A stretch of DNA of 64,000 nt, taken from IMG/VR virus record IMGVR_UViG_3300037110_000087, positions 124,001-188,000 of that record; one strand, 5' to 3'. A model generated the notes under the pieces. The model was not told the DNA's origin. It saw only the letters and a list, made by a program, of their open reading frames with translations, and ran no database searches. Every line of letters begins with the position of its first letter. Position 1 is the stretch's first letter. A program made the translations under genes and the position numbers. Positions 19,924 to 29,000 of this stretch are shown in pieces.

Positions 19924-20205
19924 ATGAAGCTTCATCTAAAGGCATTCATTAAGGTCCAGGCAGGCCATAAGGAAGAGGCTGAGAAGCTATTTCAATCCAA
20001 GGAGATAGATGATCTCGTCATCCGAGCAAGCGAGAATTGGGAAGAATGCTATTCAGATGAGGCTCAAGCTAGAGAAGCTGCTGAGTGGGTCATTGAGAGA
20101 TACGAGGCAGAGACCAATCAGATTCTACATGTCGAGATGAAAGACGAGTTGATGAAGTTAATCGAAGATCATTTCACCAGGACTTCTTACCCGAAGGTTA
20201 AATAA
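19924..20205 (+). CDS. small acidic protein, leader-motif family member 2
   Basis: N-terminus MKLHLKAFIKVQA; RBS aggag. Confidence 0.75.
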   Translation: MKLHLKAFIKVQAGHKEEAEKLFQSKEIDDLVIRASENWEECYSDEAQAREAAEWVIERYEAETNQILHVEMKDELMKLIEDHFTRTSYPKVK

Positions 20206-20415
20206 ATGAAACTTCATCTCATCGCCTATGTCAAGAAAGCTTCTGATTTCCCTGGTGCTGTAGAAGCAAATAAACGGTTTAATTCTGAACAATTTGATAA
20301 ATATAATATGACGGATGAAGCAGATAATGCGGAATTCGAAGACCAAGTTAGAAAAACGAACAAAAGCTTGGAAGATTATCGCAATAACCCCGAAGATTCT
20401 GAAGACGAGGACTAA
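20206..20415 (+). CDS. small acidic protein, leader-motif family member 3
   Basis: N-terminus MKLHLIAYVKKAS. Confidence 0.7.
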   Translation: MKLHLIAYVKKASDFPGAVEANKRFNSEQFDKYNMTDEADNAEFEDQVRKTNKSLEDYRNNPEDSEDED

Positions 20416-20835
20416 ATGGCAGATTTTGAAGAGAAAATTGTAATCACCAACGTAGCCAAGGCAACGCTTAGCTCCATTATTGCCTCTGGTTCCCCTACCT
20501 TCCAGATCTCTGCATTCTCTGTAGGGACCGGTGGCTATCTACCCAGGAATCCTTTCATTGCGGTTCCCCCTGATCCCAATGCTACAGGACTTACCAATGA
20601 GATTTTTAGATCCCAGAATGTACCAACGGAAAATATTGGTAATTCCACTAAGGTTTATGTCTGCGCAATTCAGCCGGGTGATGCAGTTGGCGCTCTAGGA
20701 GAGCTTGGACTCTGGGCCACTTATCTATCTGGCCCAAATGCCGGTCAGGTATTTTTATTCGCTATCCAGAATTTTCCAGTCATTTCTATTACCGGAAATG
20801 GAAGTTACACCTGGAGAATGGTCGTGCCCATTTAA
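20416..20835 (+). CDS. tail-collar fibre-like protein (DUF3751-like)
   Basis: ITNVAKA...ISAFSVGTGG...PDPNATGLTNEIFR...ELGL pattern. Confidence 0.6.
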   Translation: MADFEEKIVITNVAKATLSSIIASGSPTFQISAFSVGTGGYLPRNPFIAVPPDPNATGLTNEIFRSQNVPTENIGNSTKVYVCAIQPGDAVGALGELGLWATYLSGPNAGQVFLFAIQNFPVISITGNGSYTWRMVVPI

Positions 20836-20851
20836 CTTAAAATAGGAAGCT

Positions 20852-22888
20852 ATGAGATCCCCACTATCAAAAAACGCAGTCTTCTCATTGGAAGATCTGA
20901 AGGAAATTGAGAGCAAAAAGGCTTTTAGAGCTTCTATGGGTGGTGATCCTGGGGGAATGGGTAACAGAAACACTCCAGGGATCTCAGCATTCACACCTCA
21001 GTACCACGACTTATTGTATAACAATCTGGCACAGTTCCATACTCCAAAGGCCAGAAATCTTTACAATATGCTCATGTCTCAGATCTATAATTATGACACC
21101 ATCGCTGGACCTGCGGTTGATCTCTATGCTGAGATGCCATGGTCGAGCTTTGAGTTAACTGGGATCCAGGATAGATATGTTCTCCAGAAATATGAAGATG
21201 CCCTAGCCAATCTGAAGCTAGAGTATTATATGCCAATGATTAGTGCCACTTATCTGGTATTTGGTAGAGTCTGTCTCCATTTCCTGTTCGATCAGACTCA
21301 AGGTATTTGGTCCAACCTGATCATTCATGACGATTCAAACCTGTCAGTCAAACCTGTACCTTTCCTGAATGAAGAACCCTTGGTTGACCTGATCCCCAGT
21401 AAGGCTCTATTGGATTTCGTTAGCTCTAAAGATCCGAGAACTGAGGTCTATAAACAATATCTGTCTGACGACCTGATGGCTCAGATTAAAGCTGGCCGAT
21501 CGATCCCACTTGATCCGGCCAACACTTTATATCTACCAAAGCGCAGACTGCCTTCTGATTTTATCGGTACCAGTATTTTCTCAAGAATCATTGGTTTAGT
21601 CGTATTAGAGCGAGCACTTTTCAATGCCAGTACGGCTAAGGCACAGAGAGGTGCCGGTTCGATCCGTTTGGTGAAAGTCGGTAGAACTGGTGCAGATGGC
21701 TGGATGCCTACTGATGATGAAGTGAATAGTATCATTCAGTCAATGATGGTTGCAGAAGAGGATCCCGCTGCTTCTATCGTGGGTGTGAAGACTCAGGATG
21801 TGACTGTCGAGACTATCGCCGGTTCAGGTAAGGAAGCTCTGTGGAGCATTGCTGACGACGCTGATTATATTCAGAACGCGAAATTTAAGGCTCTTGGAAT
21901 CAACGAGGAATTAATCAATGGCAGTGCTACCTACAACAATATGGAACAGGCACTATCAGTATTCCTGGATAAGATCAGACATTTCAGGGATTATCTAACT
22001 AGAAAGGTCATCGTAGAGAAGGCTCTTGAACCTATCGCGAAGGCTCATGGCTTCTATCATAAAGACACCAAGGGTTTTAACCCCTCAAGTGTATATAACA
22101 GGCGTGGTGATGATAGCAGAAGTCTAAAGGATATTCAGGATTCCAAGTTGATGTTGCCAACGATTCAATGGCATAAACCCCTTGAGCCAAGAATGGATCA
22201 GAGCTTGATTGATCTGTACAAGGTGGCAGAGGAAGTTGGTCTTCCTATTAGCTTAAGAAGATGGTCCGTTGCGGTTGGTGCCAACTTATCCGATATCAAG
22301 AAAGAAGCTCATGAAGATCTCCGCGATCGCAAAGAGATGGCTAAGATCCTCCAGGAAAGAGAAGCTCTTGGAGTTGGTGATAGTTCTAGTCTATCCGAAG
22401 ATGATATGGGAGAAGATTTCGGTGGACCCGGTGGACCCGGTGGCGCTCCTGGTGGTGACGAAGGCGGCGGTACCATGGAAGAGTCTCCTGTCGAGATGGA
22501 CAAGGTTTCTCCTTCTGACCATTCCGTAGTTGATGGAGTTCCTCCACCTCCAGGTGGCGAGCCTGCTGCTACTAAGAACCGCTTGAACATCAATACCCAT
22601 CCTCTAGCTACTAAGACCGGCTTCTGTGGGGTCAACTGGACCAAGATCAGAGCATTCTCTAAGCTTGACAGTGTGGAGAGAAGAGAAATTCTTAGAGCTA
22701 TGACCGTGAAAGATCGAGCAGTCATCAAATACGCTCTTACTTATTCTGGAGATGAGACTCTAAACCAGGAAGAGATTGGTATTATTGCTAAATTGTTCCC
22801 GAAAAATGCTTCAATGAATAAGGCACATATTGCTCACTTGTACGCTAACAAGAGTCACGATGCGAGTTTATTGACGGGAATCGAATGA
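20852..22888 (+). CDS. portal protein with acidic Gly/Pro-rich C-terminal extension
   Basis: IAGPAVDLYAEMP, LDPANTLYL, GTSIFSRI, ALGINEELINGSATY; lies between terminase and protease. Confidence 0.8.
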   Translation: MRSPLSKNAVFSLEDLKEIESKKAFRASMGGDPGGMGNRNTPGISAFTPQYHDLLYNNLAQFHTPKARNLYNMLMSQIYNYDTIAGPAVDLYAEMPWSSFELTGIQDRYVLQKYEDALANLKLEYYMPMISATYLVFGRVCLHFLFDQTQGIWSNLIIHDDSNLSVKPVPFLNEEPLVDLIPSKALLDFVSSKDPRTEVYKQYLSDDLMAQIKAGRSIPLDPANTLYLPKRRLPSDFIGTSIFSRIIGLVVLERALFNASTAKAQRGAGSIRLVKVGRTGADGWMPTDDEVNSIIQSMMVAEEDPAASIVGVKTQDVTVETIAGSGKEALWSIADDADYIQNAKFKALGINEELINGSATYNNMEQALSVFLDKIRHFRDYLTRKVIVEKALEPIAKAHGFYHKDTKGFNPSSVYNRRGDDSRSLKDIQDSKLMLPTIQWHKPLEPRMDQSLIDLYKVAEEVGLPISLRRWSVAVGANLSDIKKEAHEDLRDRKEMAKILQEREALGVGDSSSLSEDDMGEDFGGPGGPGGAPGGDEGGGTMEESPVEMDKVSPSDHSVVDGVPPPPGGEPAATKNRLNINTHPLATKTGFCGVNWTKIRAFSKLDSVERREILRAMTVKDRAVIKYALTYSGDETLNQEEIGIIAKLFPKNASMNKAHIAHLYANKSHDASLLTGIE

Positions 22889-23322
22889 GAGAAAAGGATA
22901 TCAAAGGAATAATCACAACAGCTTTCCTAGTAGGTGATCTAGAGACTACTAGGGAATATATGAAGGTCCTGGCAGTCTCCAGGACCTCAGTCATCGCTGA
23001 TGAAAATTGGACTAAAGAGGATATAGAGAATGTCCTCAAAATCATGCATGGAGATGAATTCATTTCTAGCTTGATGCTCGTTTGCAAGGGATTTAACGAT
23101 GATCGGATTTATCAGGCATTGAAGACCGCACTAGCCGATTCTGATTTCTTGAACACCTATCGAGATAAGGTCCAATATTACATTGATCAGAATGTCTGGA
23201 TTGATTCATTAGTTAAGGTATGGATTGCAGAGAACGATAAATTAGGCATTCCCAGCGATGGACAAGAAAAATATTTGAGTGACTTAATTCATCAAATCCT
23301 TGGTGGATGCAAAGAGGAGTAA
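22885..23322 (+). CDS. hypothetical head-module protein
   Basis: Overlaps the portal stop codon (coupling). Confidence 0.6.
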   Translation: MREKDIKGIITTAFLVGDLETTREYMKVLAVSRTSVIADENWTKEDIENVLKIMHGDEFISSLMLVCKGFNDDRIYQALKTALADSDFLNTYRDKVQYYIDQNVWIDSLVKVWIAENDKLGIPSDGQEKYLSDLIHQILGGCKEE

Positions 23323-23324
23323 TT

Positions 23325-23459
23325 ATGTTCCAGAGATTTGGAACTCCTGCAGTACAGAGTAAAACATTTGAGGCGAAGGACATTGAGTTCGTCCGCAACA
23401 ATGTGAAGCCAGAAGATGACAAACTACCGGAAAAGAAAGAAAAGGAAGACTCAGAGTAA
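23325..23459 (+). CDS. 44-aa mini-ORF (MFQRFGTPAV...KKEKEDSE); absent from the ORF track
   Basis: RBS gaggag; fills the intergenic gap; start context resembles that of the protease gene. Confidence 0.6.
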   Translation: MFQRFGTPAVQSKTFEAKDIEFVRNNVKPEDDKLPEKKEKEDSE

Positions 23460-23504
23460 TAACTTCCTTAAGAGATGTTTTAATTGAAATAGATGGAGTA
23501 AATT

Positions 23505-24212
23505 ATGTTTCAGAGAACCGGTGGCTATGGCTTAAAGCAGATAGAGACTTTCTCTAATGCCCGTATTGCTGGAGTTAATCGTTATGCGGCCCTTAACACT
23601 CCCGTAGGTGTGATAGATATTTCTTGGCTAGAAGCTGCTGCAGCATTTCATGATGTTAGTCCCGATCCAAATGATTATGTATTCTCCATTCAGAGAGCCG
23701 TGGTTGCTGACATCCCCAATAGAAATTCGGATGCTTTTACCAAGGCTGAACTTCATCGTTACAATCCAAATCTTTCCCTTCCAGTCTGGGCTACCTTCAA
23801 TCGTCGCCCGATCTATTTCGAACATAATCAGGTCCCTAAGGATGCAAGAGGTATGCTCTTTAAGTCCTTCGTAGATGTGGAAGGCCCTTATCAGTTGGTC
23901 ACTACCCTTTCCGGTATTTCCAAACGTAAGGACGCTGATCTTGCGGCTGCAGTTAAGAATAACACCAGACCCTACTGGTCCATGGGTTGCGTCGCGGATA
24001 CTGTCACCTGTTCATTCTGCAAAAAGAAGGCTGCGGATACCAGAGAATTCTGCACCCATATTGCCAAGCAGCTTGGCTCCCTGATTGGGAACCAATTGGT
24101 ATATGAAATTCTGGGAGGGGTTACTTATATTGAATTAAGCAATGTCTCAGATCCTGCTGCCCTGATTGCTGGTAATGGTATTCTCAATATCGTCAATGGA
24201 ATTGCTATCTAA
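23505..24212 (+). CDS. prohead (capsid maturation) protease with Zn-finger insert
   Basis: NRNSDAF, YFEHN (His), WSMGC (Ser), CSFC...CTH, IELSNVSDPA; downstream of portal. Confidence 0.8.
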   Translation: MFQRTGGYGLKQIETFSNARIAGVNRYAALNTPVGVIDISWLEAAAAFHDVSPDPNDYVFSIQRAVVADIPNRNSDAFTKAELHRYNPNLSLPVWATFNRRPIYFEHNQVPKDARGMLFKSFVDVEGPYQLVTTLSGISKRKDADLAAAVKNNTRPYWSMGCVADTVTCSFCKKKAADTREFCTHIAKQLGSLIGNQLVYEILGGVTYIELSNVSDPAALIAGNGILNIVNGIAI

Positions 24213-24221
24213 GAGGTAACT

Positions 24222-25694
24222 ATGAAGCCAATGTTTTATTTTACTGGAGCGGCAAAAAACACTGTGAATTTTGCCGAGTTCAAGAAAGCAGCAGGATCCC
24301 TTCTTGCGAACGACAACACCCTCGTGGATGGTGATAATTATGCGCATGTCGAAACTGCTGATGGGAATGTCATTGGTCTAGTAGCATATGGCAAGAATCA
24401 GATCACCGAAGGAATGCTCAAGGCAGTTGGATCAATCGCTAGTTCTCAGTTGAAGGAAAAAGTAGAACCAAAGAAGTTTTCTGTCAATATTGCATTTGTG
24501 AAAAAGTCACATGAAGATCCCCCAATGCTCCCACAGGGCGTAGAGGATGAAGAACCAAAGGAAAAATCGAAAGGGGCTCCGGAGAAGCCAGAAGAAAAAG
24601 AGCCAAAAACTCCCTCCGTCAAGAATGGAGGAGAAACTGCCGAGTTTGAAAGAGAAGCTGATGAACCTGCTTCTACTGCTCAGGCTTTCCCAACCACAGG
24701 CACAGTAGAGAAAACCGCTGAACCGAGTCCGGAGTCCATCATTGAACAGCGTGAGATGGGTGGTGAGATTAGAGAAGCTACCGGTCCTGAGGATTCTAGT
24801 ACCTCAGTGAACATGCCCATGTATCCAAAACCACCAGATATGAAGGAAAAAATTGGTCTGGATCCCAATAAGTACACGACAGAGAACATGGTAAAGGTTT
24901 TATCAGATTTTATCTACAAAGAGATCCATGGTACTAAGGTCGATGGTATTAATTTGGCGGAATATATCAAACAACATGGCTGGGAAGGGACTCTTACCAA
25001 TGAAGACGTAAAGGTTCGTCAGGCAACCAGAGATCTGAGAGGGAAAATCCTCGAAAGATTTAACCAGTTTACCCCAGAGCAGCAGGAAGCCTTTAAGACA
25101 GCGTATAAGAGCAATTTGTCTCAGTGGTTGATGCGTGGTCCTCTGAACATTCAAGCTAAGCTCAGACGTAAGTCAATGGTCAAGAATGAAGTTGGCATTA
25201 TTTGGTTTGCCAAGTATCCCAAGGCTGCTTCGGCTACTCCAGAATCCTTGGTTTTCTATGCCAATCCAATCAACCTGATGCTGAAGACCGCCTCAGGTCA
25301 GATCAATGCTGCAGATATCGCGGCTACTTTCCATGGTGAGGGTGCGGAACAGAGAGCATTAAAGACCGCCAAGAGTCTGGTCAAGAAATACCCAGAGATT
25401 ACCTTTAATCATCATTGTGAGAATGACAAGGGCAAGGTTGAAGGTGCTAAGGATGTCAAGGAAGATCGTGTCATTAGTGAGGACGCTGGTAAGGAAGTAG
25501 ATCCTAAGGTTGAGGCCGCTGGTAAAGAAGTTGATAAACCCGTTGCTGAGATGGCTCAGGGTGAAGTGGTTGACAAGAAAGTAGTCGCTGCAGGTAAGCC
25601 TGACTTCCTGAAAAAGGAATGCAAGGAATGCAAGAAAGATCCTTGTATCTGCAAGAAAAAGAAAGAAGTTCCTTCTAGGGATATTAAAAGTTAG
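24222..25694 (+). CDS. scaffold/prohead core-like protein
   Basis: Follows the protease; highly charged E/K/P-rich linkers; C-terminal CKECKKDPCIC. Confidence 0.45.
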   Translation: MKPMFYFTGAAKNTVNFAEFKKAAGSLLANDNTLVDGDNYAHVETADGNVIGLVAYGKNQITEGMLKAVGSIASSQLKEKVEPKKFSVNIAFVKKSHEDPPMLPQGVEDEEPKEKSKGAPEKPEEKEPKTPSVKNGGETAEFEREADEPASTAQAFPTTGTVEKTAEPSPESIIEQREMGGEIREATGPEDSSTSVNMPMYPKPPDMKEKIGLDPNKYTTENMVKVLSDFIYKEIHGTKVDGINLAEYIKQHGWEGTLTNEDVKVRQATRDLRGKILERFNQFTPEQQEAFKTAYKSNLSQWLMRGPLNIQAKLRRKSMVKNEVGIIWFAKYPKAASATPESLVFYANPINLMLKTASGQINAADIAATFHGEGAEQRALKTAKSLVKKYPEITFNHHCENDKGKVEGAKDVKEDRVISEDAGKEVDPKVEAAGKEVDKPVAEMAQGEVVDKKVVAAGKPDFLKKECKECKKDPCICKKKKEVPSRDIKS

Positions 25695-25712
25695 AACATC
25701 TGAGGGTGTTCT

Positions 25713-26045
25713 ATGAAATGGATCAAAACTGAATATTTAGATTCAGAAGCTCTGTATAATACTTGGTTTGAAGTAGATCAGCCCCTCTTGGTGGTCTTTC
25801 ATAATGACAAGGTTCAACTGAGCCGGGATTTTATCAGACAGCTTGAGTATTTGGTGACCTCAGGATCAATGTTTGATAAACTCCTGGTGATTTGTATGCA
25901 GATTACTAAAGAAGACGAACCCAACCTGATTAAGGAATATAAGGTGAATCGTTATCCTGCTCTGATAGTGTTTGATGGAAGAGAAGTAGATCGCATCAAT
26001 GATGTAATGTCTACTGAAGATTTAGGTAAGAGGATTCGTCCGTAA
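25713..26045 (+). CDS. thioredoxin-like fold protein lacking CxxC
   Basis: PLLVVF...YKVNRYPALIVFDGREVDRI resembles the thioredoxin C-terminal half. Confidence 0.5.
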   Translation: MKWIKTEYLDSEALYNTWFEVDQPLLVVFHNDKVQLSRDFIRQLEYLVTSGSMFDKLLVICMQITKEDEPNLIKEYKVNRYPALIVFDGREVDRINDVMSTEDLGKRIRP

Positions 26046-26060
26046 TAAACTGGAAAATAA

Positions 26061-29000
26061 ATGGCTGATCTAGACGATCTCAAACTACAGAGAGCAAACC
26101 TCGCATCTGCAATATATGATGCCAAAAGCGATCTTGCTTTCCAACAGAAACACTTGGATCCTAATGATTCAACTTCAATAGTTGAAGCTGCTAGAAATGC
26201 AATTGCCAAGGATCAGCGAATTATTGCTGATGGTAATGTACAATTCCAGGCGCTTACTGATCAGATCAACGCCCAGACGGCAGCTAATGCCAATGCCGAG
26301 TCAACCCCGGCAGCAACAGCCCCCACACCAGCTCCGGTTGTACCCCCTCCTGTAGTTGCCCAGGCAGCACCAGCAGTGACTCCGACTTCTACAGTGGCGA
26401 CTCCCGTTGGACCCTCTGTAAGTATCGCAGGTACGAGTACAGACACTAGCACTGTCATATCTCCAAGTGATCTCAAACTTTTACCCAAGGCTGATCAGAA
26501 TGCCTATCAGGGACTCCAACAATCAACTGACCCTGATGCGGTTTTTCAACAGAAATTGTTTCAAGCTCAAGCGAATGTAAAGATTAAGATTGCAAAGGCC
26601 AAGGGGATAACTCCAACAAAGACGGGAACTCCGAGTAGTGTAAACAGAGATCTGATCCCTTTCATGTTTGCTCAGAGTGATGCCCCTGGTATTGTCCAAA
26701 ATCACCCAAACATCGCGGCTGGTGTACAATCTAATATCCAGTTCAGAATATTCATCATGGGTGTCGAGGTATCTGATTATATTAGCTCACTGGAGTGGAG
26801 TACAAATGCATCCTCTGAGGTAGTCGGGGCCATGGCTGCTGTGACCCTATCTTGCAGGAGAAATACCTTTACACTTACCCAGGATAATCTTCAGCCATTG
26901 GTTGCTGGAGAGGTAAATTGGGTAATATCTGATGATAGCCAGTACTCAGAAGAAGCCAAGAGAGATCTCTATAATTACAAGCAAGGTTTAAACTTTTTCG
27001 AAGCTACTACCGCAATTCCCCGATGGAACCTCGCCCCGAACACTTGTATTATCCACTCCGGGGACACGATCAGAATCTTCTCTCAAATCCCTTGGACAAA
27101 GACTGACGCATGGTTGCCGGTGTTCAATGGTTACGTAGAGGATGTAACATTGACTAGAACTCTACAAGGTATTGACACGATTTCCTTCCAGTGCAATACC
27201 TTAGTTCATAAGTTGACTTTCGCTAGAGTGTTCAGTGAATTTCCTGCTGCAGTTGCTGATGTAAGTGGCCCAACTTCCCATGGTCTATCCACTAACGAGA
27301 TCATTGGCAAGACAAACGTTCCATTGATTGATGCGAATACCTTGATTGCTGATTCCTTCATGGGATTATTTAGTAGTACTTTGTTAAATACCACCCTGGA
27401 AGGAATGATCAGGTTTGTATTCTTTGGTGATATTAGTCAGATTAATACCCACGAGCCTTCCAATATTGAAACGGTAGATGCAGCTAATCAGGCAGTCCTT
27501 GCCCAATATCTTGCCTTGCAGAATCAATTGGTATCCCTTCAGTATAAGGCTCAGGTTCTAAATAGCCCTAATGCTGTTCAGATTGCTTCAGTTCAGGCAC
27601 AACTGGCCACTCTTGCCAGTAATCCTGCGGTCCTTGAGGCCAAGGGGATCAATCCTAAAGATAAGACTATAAGTCAGTTGCAGACCGAATTATCAAATTT
27701 ACAAACTTCACAGTCTACGACTCAGAATTTAATAAATAATCTGAATAACTCCATTACGGCAGATAATGCCGCTGTAGCAGCGGCTCCAACAGCATATACC
27801 ATGTCTGCTCAGGATATCACCATGGCTATTGCTAATGAACCTAGAACCGGGGTGAAAATCTCTCCAACTAGTGCTCTAGCAAAAGCTCAGGCTAACCTTG
27901 CTGCGGATACTGACGCCTTAGCAAAGGCCAAAACATCGTTAGCCGATATCACCAGTCAGATTAATGCTAAGAATGCTGCTATCGTTCAGGCTACTGCTGC
28001 AGCCCAATTGGCAAGTGGTAAGCCAATTCAGGAAAAGGATAAGAGAGGAGTTGGATTCCTATCAATGGACAACTTCATTATCCAGAATTTCCCGGCCACA
28101 GGGTCAATAATTACGACTACCACGACAGTTCCGACGACTACCTCTCCTACCAGCACTGCAACTACTACTTCCTATAGTGATGGAGGAGTAACTGCAGCTA
28201 CCACCATTGGGGTGTTCAACGCTGGTAATGACGTTGGTGTCAGTACACCAAGAACTCCGCTTGAAAGTCTGCGGCTTAGGGTTAGTAGTGCCCAAGTAAC
28301 ACTCAACAATGCTCAGAGAGCCTATAATACAACTGCATTGGTAAGATCAGGAGTCTATCTTCAACCTTTGGAGGAAACCCTTAAAGCAGCCAAGGCTAAT
28401 TTGGCAACATTACAACAGCAATTAGATATAGCCTCCTCACAAAGCAATGATGCTGGCGCTTCAGGGGTTGCTGGCGTTACTAATCCCACCACTGTTGTAA
28501 CAAAGACAGTTGATACATCCACTGTCGATTGGGATATGGAGATTGGGTATCTTGAGGATGCTAAAAAGTCCATGTTGACTGGATTCTGCTCTGGAGTGCC
28601 AGATCTCAACGTCAGAACGGATGTGATTGATTACACTGAATTCAGCGTCAAGGCTTGCCGGGATCTAGCTTCGGCTCGCACTACCTACCTCAATAGTACG
28701 GAAGTGACCATCATTGGTAAGAATAGTGGTTGGCTTGGACAATATAGCCCCCATGGTGAGTGTGTCAGTGTTTACATGAGAAGACCTGCCATTGGTTGGG
28801 GTCACAATAACGGATTGGCTGACGAGTGGAGAGTGGTTGGACCCAGCTGGCAATTAAATGACCAGTCTAAGGCCCAGATGATCACTGAGTTGCTGAAGAA
28901 GCTCGACTATTACTGGTGGGTAACCGGCAATGGTGATATTATCTTCGAATTCCCTCTTTATGAATTTCTGCCCCATCACTTCGGGGAATTTGTAAATGAA

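Noticed and set aside
25713-26045. Active thioredoxin or redox enzyme
   Set aside because: No CxxC motif; only fold-level resemblance.
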